This document shows positions 17,621 to 26,318 of a stretch of 64,000 bases of DNA, piece after piece (position 1 is the stretch's first letter; the number at the start of each line of letters is the position of its first letter). The notes beneath the pieces are model-generated. The model saw only the letters and a list, made by a program, of their open reading frames with translations. It ran no database searches and had not been told where the DNA came from. The stretch comes from Candidatus Omnitrophota bacterium (GTDB lineage Bacteria; Omnitrophota; Gorgyraeia; Duberdicusellales; 4484-171): the NCBI GenBank assembly GCA_043823745.1, contig JBDRAN010000059.1, positions 9,105 through 73,104 of the forward strand, in the 5' to 3' direction. Both the position numbers and the translations under genes were made by a program.

Positions 17621-19113
17621 CCCCACATTATTCTTTATTTATTAACGGTGAGTTTAGGGATACGAAGATAGACCAGAATGTTATTAATCCGGCAAACGGA
17701 GAAATTATCGCAACCGCGTCAGTAGCAAGCCTTGCCCAGGTGGGTGCGGCGGTTGACGCTGCCCGGCAGGCGTTTGACAGCGGGCCATGGAGAACGTTTA
17801 GTCGCATTCAGCGTAAAGAAGCTCTTTTGAAAATAATGCAGGGCATTCTTGAAGAAGCAGGTACGCTTGCCGACCTTGAAACAGCGAACGTCGGAAAACC
17901 CATCAAAGAATCTACGTTCATGGATATACCAGCGTCCGCGGCCACCTTTGAGCATTTCGCTCATAACCTGGATCGGTACTTGCAGAGCGAAAATATTGAG
18001 ATCAATTCAAATATCGCCCAGGCTAACGCGACCATCGCTCGTGAGCCGGTAGGAGTAACGGCATTGGTCGTGCCCTGGAATTACCCTTTACTGATTGCTT
18101 CATGGAAGCTGGCGCAAAGTCTTGCTGCCGGCAATACCGTTGTGCTTAAGCCCTCGAGTCTTACGCCGCTTTCAGCGCTCCTGTTGGGTACGATTATACA
18201 TAAAGCAGGGCTTCCGGCCGGTGTGGTTAACGTTATTAATGCGCCCGGTGAAGCAGTAGGGGAGCTTTTGTGCGGTGACCCGCGCGTTGACATGATTTCG
18301 TTTACCGGTTCAAATACTGTCGGCAAAAAAATTGTAGGCTACAGCGCAAGACATGCCAAAAAAACCATTATGGAGCTGGGAGGAAAATCAGCCGGAATTG
18401 TTTTAGCTGACGCTGACCGTGAGTTTGCGGTTAATGGCTCGCTTTGTTCTATATTTCTAAATCAAGGCCAGATGTGCACCGCGATGTCCCGGATTCTTAT
18501 CCATGAGCGTCTCTACGATAGGTTTGTCAGTGATTTTGTAGAAAAGGCAAAACGGATTAAGCTCGGTGACCCGCGTGATTTCGAGACGCAGATGGGCCCG
18601 CTTATTTCGCGCCGGCAGCAAGATGAGGTCTGTGCATGTGTCGAGCGAGCAGCGGCGCAGGGCGCGAAAGTGCTCTGCGGGGGAAAGATCCCGCGCGCCC
18701 CCCAATTTTCGCAAGGATTTTTCTTTGAGCCCACGGTACTTGAGAACGTTAACCCTGATTCAGAAGTTTTCCGGGAAGAGGTATTCGGGCCGGTTGTCTG
18801 CGTAAGCAGCTTTAAAACTGACGAAGAAGCGATTGCGTGCGCAAACGATTCGCGCTTTGGCCTGGCGTCTTCGGTATGGTCAGCCGATACCTCAAACGCG
18901 CGCTCGCTCGCGCAAAAAATTAGCGCCGGTACAGTTTGGATCAATACGTATGGAATGTTTTTTAACGAGCTTCCCTATGGAGGTTTTAAAGAAAGTGGTT
19001 TTGGCAAAGAGTTGGGGAAAGAAGGGTTGCGTGAGTATACGCGGCTTAAGAACGTGGTTGTTGACGCTACGGTCAACGCGCGGCCGCTCGTGCATTATTG
19101 GTATGGGTTTTAA
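17617..19113 (+). CDS. NAD(P)-dependent aldehyde dehydrogenase
   Basis: ALDH signature ELGGKS, catalytic Cys in NQGQMCTA, and the FTGS-VG motif. Start overlaps the ADH stop (ATGA). Confidence 0.85.
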   Translation: MTPHYSLFINGEFRDTKIDQNVINPANGEIIATASVASLAQVGAAVDAARQAFDSGPWRTFSRIQRKEALLKIMQGILEEAGTLADLETANVGKPIKESTFMDIPASAATFEHFAHNLDRYLQSENIEINSNIAQANATIAREPVGVTALVVPWNYPLLIASWKLAQSLAAGNTVVLKPSSLTPLSALLLGTIIHKAGLPAGVVNVINAPGEAVGELLCGDPRVDMISFTGSNTVGKKIVGYSARHAKKTIMELGGKSAGIVLADADREFAVNGSLCSIFLNQGQMCTAMSRILIHERLYDRFVSDFVEKAKRIKLGDPRDFETQMGPLISRRQQDEVCACVERAAAQGAKVLCGGKIPRAPQFSQGFFFEPTVLENVNPDSEVFREEVFGPVVCVSSFKTDEEAIACANDSRFGLASSVWSADTSNARSLAQKISAGTVWINTYGMFFNELPYGGFKESGFGKELGKEGLREYTRLKNVVVDATVNARPLVHYWYGF

Positions 19114-19119
19114 TACGCT

Positions 19120-19866
19120 ATGACGGTTTGGGTTTATAGTATTGTAAGCGTCGTTCTGGTGAGCCTGGTTTCACTGGTTGGCCTTTTTACGCTGGCGCTC
19201 AAAAAAGAATACTTGCAGCGTATCACGCTATTTTTAGTAAGTTTTGCCGTAGGGGCGCTCTTTGGGGATGCGTTCATCCATCTCTTGCCCGAATCCTTCA
19301 AAGAACTCGGAGCAAATCTTCCTACCTCGCTTTTGGTCATTGCCGGAATTCTTTTGTTTTTTATTCTTGAGAAGTTTTTACGCTGGCGTCATTGTCACGC
19401 CGAGCCTTGTGATTTTCATGCTCGACCGGTTGTGGCGATAAATCTTATCGGCGATGCGGTACACAATCTTCTTGACGGTATGATCATCGCCGCAAGCTTT
19501 ATGGCCAGCACTACGATTGGCGTTACGACAACCTTGGCCGTGCTTTTGCATGAGATCCCTCAGGAGATCGGCGATTTCGGCATTCTTGTTCACGGCGGAC
19601 TTTCGGTGCGCCGCGCGTTGTTTTTTAACTTTCTCTGCGCGTTATGCGCGGTGGTTGGCGCGCTTATTTCGTTGTTGATCGGAACCCATCTAAGTGATTA
19701 TGTGCCGATGTTATTGCCGATTATCGCCGGAGGATTTTTGTATATCGCGGGCTCTGATCTTATCCCTGAGCTGCAGCATGAGGTGAAGATCTCTTCTTCA
19801 GTGGGGCAATTTGTCTGCATCATTCTTGGTGTCGCGGTGATGGCCGCGCTTACCTTGGTGCATTAA
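19120..19866 (+). CDS. ZIP-family metal cation transporter (ZupT-like)
   Basis: HEIPQEIGDFGIL and HNLLDG motifs; ~8 TM helices. Confidence 0.8.
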   Translation: MTVWVYSIVSVVLVSLVSLVGLFTLALKKEYLQRITLFLVSFAVGALFGDAFIHLLPESFKELGANLPTSLLVIAGILLFFILEKFLRWRHCHAEPCDFHARPVVAINLIGDAVHNLLDGMIIAASFMASTTIGVTTTLAVLLHEIPQEIGDFGILVHGGLSVRRALFFNFLCALCAVVGALISLLIGTHLSDYVPMLLPIIAGGFLYIAGSDLIPELQHEVKISSSVGQFVCIILGVAVMAALTLVH

Positions 19867-19922
19867 ACCCAGAATTTGCATTAGCTCGCGGCGAAGATGG
19901 CTAATCTTTTGGGCTATAAGAA

Positions 19923-19974
19923 GTTACAAAAATGCTCGCCGTACTTTTTAAGTACGCCTGCGCTTTTTGTAACT
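19923..19974. terminator. Candidate bidirectional terminator between convergent genes. Inverted repeat GTTACAAAAA/TTTTTGTAAC encloses an inner palindrome GTACTTTTTAAGTAC.
   Basis: Seen directly in the sequence, located between the ZIP gene (+) and the radical SAM gene (-). Confidence 0.4.
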
Positions 19975-19991
19975 CTTCTATCTCCAAAATC

Positions 19992-20918
19992 TTAGCTATC
20001 TTCATCCACCCCTAACGCAAAATCTGGGTTAAAAAGAGAGGATCCGTCACAAAAAGCAGTATTTAATTCAGTAAGACCTTCCCTGCAGCTTGAGAAGAGC
20101 AAGCTTTCCGCTTGAGCCGCCTTACGAACTTCATTGATTATCTTTTCGCGTATCGGTCTCGGTAAATATATATAACCCGCATTCCGCTCGCCTTCTTTGC
20201 GGTAGAATGCTTTCCATAACTCTGCATGTTCGGGAAATGCCCGGCACATGCGTTTGAAGTTATCGGGTTTTGCTTTGTATGTCGAAGTAATAATCTGCTT
20301 GGCACCGCATCGTTTGACCGCACTCACCATCTTTTTTATTTCCGGGGTATTAAGCGGATATAGTAACGGGTCAATTCGTACTGCAACCGGTATAACGCCG
20401 GAGAGTTTCTTGATCGCCCCAAGGCGCTCGCCTGGTGCGGATGCCCTCGGTTCAAGTTTATTACTCAGGCTTTCTTTAAGCGTCGTCAGCGTAACGCTTA
20501 CTACCAGATTTTTGCATTGTTGCAGGATATCGATATCGCGTGCAACGAGCGCTGACTTTGTGACTATATGAATGCGGATATCATGATGTTTCAGTATTGC
20601 GAGTGCCTCGCGGGTGAGCTGCAAATTTTTTTCAAGAGCGAGGTACGGGTCAGAGGAATTCGCGATGGTGATGATGGAGCCGGAAGGGATCTTTTTTATT
20701 TCTCGCGCCAGGCGCTTGATGAAATATTTTTTAGGCCGCGGCCGCGAAAAATCCCGTATATAGGACGTTGCGTAACAGTAGAGGCAGCCGTGGGAGCATC
20801 CCGTATACGCTGAGAGACTGAATTTTTCCGGGCAGCTGCATGATGGATTTACCCAAGGGTCAAAAGGGGCAATAAGGCTCATTACTCTATATTGTAAGGA
20901 ACCAGGCAGCAAAGTCAA
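19992..20918 (-). CDS. Radical SAM protein (COG1533 / SplB-like small radical SAM family)
   Basis: CSHGCLYCYA (C-x3-C-x2-C) near the N-terminus; ~300 aa. Confidence 0.6.
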   Translation of the reverse strand: MTLLPGSLQYRVMSLIAPFDPWVNPSCSCPEKFSLSAYTGCSHGCLYCYATSYIRDFSRPRPKKYFIKRLAREIKKIPSGSIITIANSSDPYLALEKNLQLTREALAILKHHDIRIHIVTKSALVARDIDILQQCKNLVVSVTLTTLKESLSNKLEPRASAPGERLGAIKKLSGVIPVAVRIDPLLYPLNTPEIKKMVSAVKRCGAKQIITSTYKAKPDNFKRMCRAFPEHAELWKAFYRKEGERNAGYIYLPRPIREKIINEVRKAAQAESLLFSSCREGLTELNTAFCDGSSLFNPDFALGVDEDS

Positions 20919-21011
20919 ACAGTGCGTGCGTGGTGATTATTCTTGTTTACCTGTGCCATCATTGTTATAATTAGTAAGGTCTATGTTACCATTTCGATCA
21001 TCGGAAATCAT

Positions 21012-22496
21012 ATGCTTTTTAGCGAAGAATTAAAACTTCTTGTTCAATCGAAATACCCCGTTATTGCGGTTGAGTCCACCGATGAGGATTATGTTGTCCA
21101 ACAACTGGTGGAAATAGCGCCTCAACTTGAATTGGTATTTTTTCAGTGGTCGCTTACGTCTGGTCTGCAAAGAGAGGGTGGACAGGGAGCATACTACCAG
21201 ACCAAAGATCCGGTTTTTATGTGTAAAACCATTGTTAGTTTTCTTGAAGCAGGAGATTTTAAGGAAAGTTTATTTGTATTGAAGGATTTCAATCGCTATC
21301 TGGAAGACCCGCTTACCTCCAGGATTTTTAAAGACGTAGTCGGTCTCATTAAGGGCACCAAAAATACTATTGTTCTTTTGGCTGCCGAGTACAAACTGCC
21401 AAAAGATATTGAAGCCATATCGGGCCACTTGATCGGCGGATATCCCGCCCAAGAAGAAATTAGAGGCGTGGTGTGGGAAACTATTTCTGAGTTAAAGCGT
21501 ACCGGTCAGGATATGCGCATGACCTTTGTTCCTGGCGAATTTGAGCGTATCTCAAAAATCTTGGAAGGTTTATCGATTCAGCAGATTCGCAATATCATTC
21601 ATCAGTGTGTGGCGGAAGACAGGGAGTTTGATATCAACGATTTACCGGCAGTTGAAAAATACAAAAAGCAGATATTTGATCAAGAAGGATTGCTTGAGTT
21701 CTGCATTACTGAGGATAAAAGGAATATCGCTGGCTTTCATAATTTAAAGCGATGGATTTCTGAGCGCAGCGTTAGTTTTTCCTCCGGCGCGCCTGGGTTG
21801 CCCCAGCCCAAAGGAGTGCTTCTGATGGGAGTGCAGGGGTGCGGCAAGAGTCTTGCTATCAAGGTGCTCGCGCGTGAACTTAATTTACACTTATACCGGC
21901 TTGACTTGGCGCGTTTGTACAGCAAATATATAGGCGAAACAGAGCAAAACCTCCGTAAGGCGCTAGCGATTGTAGAAAAGTTATGTCCATTATGTTTGTG
22001 GATCGATGAGATCGAGAAAGGATTTGCTTCTTCAGATGGGGATATTGACGGAGGAGTATCGCAGCGTATACTGGGCACGTTTCTGACCTGGATGCAGGAA
22101 CGCGGAGCAGGCTGTTTTGTCGCGGCGACCGCCAATAATATTTATCAGTTGCCTCCTGAATTTTTGCGTAAAGGGCGATTTGATGAGATATTTTTCGTTG
22201 ATTTGCCCGATGAAACAATGCGTTTTGAACTTTTCAAAATTCATCTCAAGAAACGTGGTCTTACGGCTTCAGGGTTTGATTGCAAGGTACTCGCCGGTCG
22301 CTCGGTTGATTACAGCGGCGCCGAGATCGAACAGATTATAATTTCAGCGCTCTACCGGGCTTCAAGCGAAAAGACAGTTCTTACCCAGGACCATCTCTTT
22401 GAACAGATTGAGGCAACAAAACCCCTGGCGGTTTTGAAAGCCGAAGAAATTGCGAGTCTGAGGGAATGGGCGCGTCAGCGCACTATTGCCGCCTGA
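21012..22496 (+). CDS. AAA+ ATPase with an N-terminal domain of unknown function
   Basis: Walker A GVQGCGKS, Walker B LWIDEIEK, and a second region of homology. The N-terminal ~250 aa have no recognisable motif. Start chosen at ATG 21012. Confidence 0.7.
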   Translation: MLFSEELKLLVQSKYPVIAVESTDEDYVVQQLVEIAPQLELVFFQWSLTSGLQREGGQGAYYQTKDPVFMCKTIVSFLEAGDFKESLFVLKDFNRYLEDPLTSRIFKDVVGLIKGTKNTIVLLAAEYKLPKDIEAISGHLIGGYPAQEEIRGVVWETISELKRTGQDMRMTFVPGEFERISKILEGLSIQQIRNIIHQCVAEDREFDINDLPAVEKYKKQIFDQEGLLEFCITEDKRNIAGFHNLKRWISERSVSFSSGAPGLPQPKGVLLMGVQGCGKSLAIKVLARELNLHLYRLDLARLYSKYIGETEQNLRKALAIVEKLCPLCLWIDEIEKGFASSDGDIDGGVSQRILGTFLTWMQERGAGCFVAATANNIYQLPPEFLRKGRFDEIFFVDLPDETMRFELFKIHLKKRGLTASGFDCKVLAGRSVDYSGAEIEQIIISALYRASSEKTVLTQDHLFEQIEATKPLAVLKAEEIASLREWARQRTIAA

Positions 22497-23613
22497 AGTT
22501 TTTATAAACTTCGATAAAGACAACCCCGGCCATAAATCCTCCAATGTGCCCCCAGAAAGCGACTCGTGAGGAGTCCTTTGCTAATTGCGCAACACCGAAC
22601 CAGATATTCATCCCTATCCAAAATGCAATATAGTAAAAAGATGAAACAGCAGTTGTGATTTTTTTAGAAAGGCCGTAGACATCAAAAATTATTTTTGCCT
22701 TTGGAAAAAGGATAAGATGAGCGCCGATAACGCCGGAGATCGCGCCGCTTGCACCCACACAGGGAAGATTCTTTCCGGAAGGCGTTGCAAGAAACAATAT
22801 TCCTGAAAAGACAGCGCTGATCGCGTATAGTGCCGTAAATTTCTCCCAGCCCAATTCATCTTCCACGCCGCGCGCAAACGCCCAAAGAAAAAGCATATTG
22901 CCGGCTAAATGAAAGATATTCGCGTGCAGGAACGAATAAGTAATGAGTCGATACCATTGAAATTCCTGGATCGTTTCGTGCGCGCTTAAAAAAAGAAGTC
23001 CAGAAAAACTAAAAAGCATATCGGCCAGAAAAATCGCTATGCAGGCGATTAAGATCGTCCTGGTGGCGATCGGCGGTTTCTTGGTCAGGATGTTGTCGCC
23101 GCGGGGGATTACGGGGAGCATGCCCGTAAAAACGATAAAAGGAGCGATGATCTCATCGAGGGAGCGCGGCTTTACCCCGCGCTTTGCGGCCAGCGCTTTG
23201 TAGAGCGTTTCAATGGTTGCCTTGAAGTTTTCATCGTCTGTAGTTTTTTCAATGAATGCGATTGCAACCAGTGGCGCTTGAATTGCATTGAGCCATGTCG
23301 CGTGGCAGGAGATGCATTGGTTGACCAGGAAGCGTATTTTTTTATCGAGATCGTACTGACGCATATACGATTTACACTTTGGGCAGGCAAACTCTGCATG
23401 CGGTCCCAGCAAACTTTTATTGTAGACCAGAGAATTATCCGCTATGCGCTCAAGGAGCATTGATAAGATTTCCTGGGTGCAGAAATATTTTAACGCTCGT
23501 ACGCTCACCAGGGACGGTAGCATGATTGAGAAACATTGAGGACAGACAAGTATTTCATGGTTGCCTTTTACAAAAATTTCTAATTCTATTTTACAATCGG
23601 GGCAGCGCATCAA
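22483..23613 (-). CDS. Rhomboid-family intramembrane serine protease with an N-terminal double zinc-ribbon domain
   Basis: N-terminal CPDC...CPQC and CPKC...C pairs; rhomboid catalytic motifs GASGAISG (Ser) and WGHIGGFMAG (His) in the TM region. Confidence 0.7.
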   Translation of the reverse strand: MMRCPDCKIELEIFVKGNHEILVCPQCFSIMLPSLVSVRALKYFCTQEILSMLLERIADNSLVYNKSLLGPHAEFACPKCKSYMRQYDLDKKIRFLVNQCISCHATWLNAIQAPLVAIAFIEKTTDDENFKATIETLYKALAAKRGVKPRSLDEIIAPFIVFTGMLPVIPRGDNILTKKPPIATRTILIACIAIFLADMLFSFSGLLFLSAHETIQEFQWYRLITYSFLHANIFHLAGNMLFLWAFARGVEDELGWEKFTALYAISAVFSGILFLATPSGKNLPCVGASGAISGVIGAHLILFPKAKIIFDVYGLSKKITTAVSSFYYIAFWIGMNIWFGVAQLAKDSSRVAFWGHIGGFMAGVVFIEVYKNFRRQ

Positions 23614-23767
23614 AGCCTCCGCGGTCTGTTTTGAGCGATTATGACAACAATGAATGTCGATTAATTATACCAATAATCGTTTTGTGTAGCTATATTTTAT
23701 ATAATTTTTTGATATAATAACGGTAATAATAAAGATTGAGTCTAATGGTAAAATATTATAAAAATCC

Positions 23768-25063
23768 ATGTGTTACGCAATTCCCGGAAAAATAGTAGAG
23801 ATTAAAGGCAAAATCGGCGTTGTCGACTATTTTGGCGAGCAGAAGAATGTTTTGATGGATTTCGCCAAAGCCAAGGTAGGCGATTATGTCTATGCGCAGG
23901 GCGGCCTTGTGGTTAACACCATTTCAGAGCGCGAAGCTTTAGAAATCCTAGAAGCCTGGAAGGATATGTTTTTTGCGCTTAAAAAAGCAGATGAAAAACT
24001 TTCAGTTATCGAAGATATCCCGGCTTCGCAGAAGCTGCTTGCGATTTTGCAAAAGGTTAATCTGGGCAAGCCGTTCGTCAAGGAAGAACTTCTATCTTTG
24101 TTGCGCACGAGCAATAAAGATGAGTTGCGCTTGTTCTATGAGAATGCCAATAATGTTCGTCAGAAAACACACGGGAATGCCTGTTGTGTGCATGGGATAC
24201 TTGAATTTTCCAATGTGTGTGAACAGAACTGTTTTTATTGCGGGATCAGGAAGGGCAAGCGCCTGAAACACTACCGTATGAGCTCCGGGGAGATCATTGG
24301 CGCGGCGCGTTACGCGGCAGAGGAGCTGGGGTTTAAGGCGCTAGTTTTACAGTCGGGAGAGGACAGCTGGTATACTGCCGAAATACTTGCACCGGTGGTT
24401 GAGGCTATACGCGCAATGGGCGTTCTTGTTTTCTTAAGTATCGGTTCGCGGGAAAAGGAGCTCTATAAAAGCTTATACGAGGCGGGCGCGCGCGCTGCGC
24501 TTTTGCGTTTTGAAACTTCCAATGAAAAGATATTTGAAAGTGTGCGTCCCGGCACGACCTTAAAAGGGCGCCTTGAACTGATCGAGTACCTTAAGAAACT
24601 CGGATATGTGCTTGCGACCGGCTTTATTGTTGGTCTTCCTAATGAGCGTGAGGAAGATGTTGTTAATAATATTCTGCTGACAAAATCTCTAAAACCAGAG
24701 ATGTACTCGTTTGGCCCGTTTATCCCTGCGGCCGGGACCCCGTTAGTCAAGCACGCGTTAGTTGATAAAAATTTGCTTTTAAAGGTAATCGCCATTGCGC
24801 GGCTTGCGGATCAGGATTCTAACATTTTAGTTACAACCGCACTTGAAACGTTAGATAAGCGCGCCAAGCGCGAGGGTATGCTCGCCGGCGCCAATTCTTT
24901 GATGATTAATATTACGCCCCGGCGCTATAAAAAATTATATTGTATTTACGATAATCGTGCGGATAATAATATCGCAATTAAAAAGGGCATTAAGGAAACG
25001 ATCGACTTACTGCATTCCTTAGGAAGGGCACCGACTGATTTAGGTGTCCATATCGCCCGGTAA
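23768..25063 (+). CDS. Fusion of a HypC/HybG/HupF-like domain (N-terminal ~75 aa) with a HydE/BioB-like radical SAM enzyme
   Basis: N-terminal MCYAIPGKIVEI...KVGDYVYAQGGLVVNTISEREA matches the HypC MC(L/I)AIP...KVGDYVLVHVG...EEEA pattern. Radical SAM motif CEQNCFYCGIRKG. The C-terminal GFIVGLPNEREEDVVNNILLTKSLKPEMYSFGPFIPAAGTPL is HydE/BioB-like. Confidence 0.6.
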   Translation: MCYAIPGKIVEIKGKIGVVDYFGEQKNVLMDFAKAKVGDYVYAQGGLVVNTISEREALEILEAWKDMFFALKKADEKLSVIEDIPASQKLLAILQKVNLGKPFVKEELLSLLRTSNKDELRLFYENANNVRQKTHGNACCVHGILEFSNVCEQNCFYCGIRKGKRLKHYRMSSGEIIGAARYAAEELGFKALVLQSGEDSWYTAEILAPVVEAIRAMGVLVFLSIGSREKELYKSLYEAGARAALLRFETSNEKIFESVRPGTTLKGRLELIEYLKKLGYVLATGFIVGLPNEREEDVVNNILLTKSLKPEMYSFGPFIPAAGTPLVKHALVDKNLLLKVIAIARLADQDSNILVTTALETLDKRAKREGMLAGANSLMINITPRRYKKLYCIYDNRADNNIAIKKGIKETIDLLHSLGRAPTDLGVHIAR

Positions 25064-25085
25064 AAGTAGGGCACAAGGGGGCTAT

Positions 25086-25937
25086 ATGAGACGGATAGTA
25101 ACGTTTAAGGAAGCGCCGCTGACGCTGGTAGGGAGAGTCATTAGACAGGATGATGCCGGTCCTGGTTTTAAAGCAGTTTCGAATGACCTGCAAGATATTA
25201 CGCTTGCTTCTTTTGGAAATAAAATTAAAGTTATCACTTCGTTTCCATCCGCAGATACGCCGGTTTGCGATCTTCAGATCAAGGAGTTTAATAAACGCGC
25301 AACCGGATTTTCCGCTGATGTCGTTGTTATCGGCGTTAGCAAGGATCTTCCGTTTGCCCAGGCCCGCTTTTGCCAGCTCAACGGCATTAAAAATGTGACG
25401 ACGCTTTCGGATTACAAATATTCTTCATTCGGCATTAATTACGGTTTGCTTGTTAAAGAGTTGAACCTCCTTGCCCGCGCGGCGCTTATTCTTGATGGGG
25501 CTAACGTGGTGCGTTATATCCAGGTGGTGAGCGAAATAACCCAGCCGCCTGATTACGAGGCAGTGTTGGTTGCCCTGGAGACTATCGTAAAGAACCCTCA
25601 GGCTGGCACTGTCACAGAATCCGGCCATTGTAAGCCCTGCGAAGGGGGAGTACTTGCGCTTTCAAAGAATATGATCGAACGATTTCTCGCCGGTAATCCG
25701 GGCTGGGAGCTCGTTGATGATACGAAGCTCGTTCGCGAATTCAAATTCAAGGATTTCGCGGAAGCAAAATATTTTCTCGATCTTGTTGCTATCATTGCCG
25801 AAGAGCAAGGACATCATCCAACATTGACGCTTATGTACAATAAGCTTAGAGTTATTCTGACCACTCATATGGCTGGTGGCGTAACGGATAATGATTTTGT
25901 AATGGCAAGAATTATTGATGAGATAAGAGGCGAATGA
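25086..25937 (+). CDS. Fusion: thiol peroxidase (Tpx, atypical 2-Cys peroxiredoxin) domain plus pterin-4a-carbinolamine dehydratase (PCD/DCoH) domain
   Basis: Tpx motif SFPSADTPVCDLQ with its resolving Cys region. C-terminal EEQGHHPTLTLMYNKLRVILTTH is the PCD signature. Start chosen at ATG 25086 after an AAGGGGG RBS. Confidence 0.6.
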   Translation: MRRIVTFKEAPLTLVGRVIRQDDAGPGFKAVSNDLQDITLASFGNKIKVITSFPSADTPVCDLQIKEFNKRATGFSADVVVIGVSKDLPFAQARFCQLNGIKNVTTLSDYKYSSFGINYGLLVKELNLLARAALILDGANVVRYIQVVSEITQPPDYEAVLVALETIVKNPQAGTVTESGHCKPCEGGVLALSKNMIERFLAGNPGWELVDDTKLVREFKFKDFAEAKYFLDLVAIIAEEQGHHPTLTLMYNKLRVILTTHMAGGVTDNDFVMARIIDEIRGE

Positions 25938-26251
25938 AACCCCAAACAAAGAAAACAATATTGCGCGAGTTTCTCATATTCTTGATATTTGTTCCCTTAC
26001 CTATCAGGTTGATATATCTTTACGATCTTTGGCAATTTATTACCGACAGATATACGATATTGTTACCCACCAGCTCTAGTTTGTTTGCTTTTTTCGGGAT
26101 GCTTTATCCGATTTATTTTATTATTCGTAGTATAGTAAAATTTATACAAGGTATAAGACATACAGAAAAGGCTCTGGCAGCAAGACAAATTGTTTATATT
26201 GTGCTCTTTGCGTTCATTGCGTGGCCAACTACTAGTGTAGTGTCTTCATAA
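25934..26251 (+). CDS. Hypothetical small membrane protein (3 predicted TM helices), in an AT-rich stretch
   Basis: ORF only, hydrophobic; no motif. Confidence 0.25.
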   Translation: MKPQTKKTILREFLIFLIFVPLPIRLIYLYDLWQFITDRYTILLPTSSSLFAFFGMLYPIYFIIRSIVKFIQGIRHTEKALAARQIVYIVLFAFIAWPTTSVVSS

Positions 26252-26318
26252 ATCAATATATCTCCTTGCATCGCAATCCAATTACTGTAAGGTAGACGAG
26301 GATTGTCGCGGGATTGTA

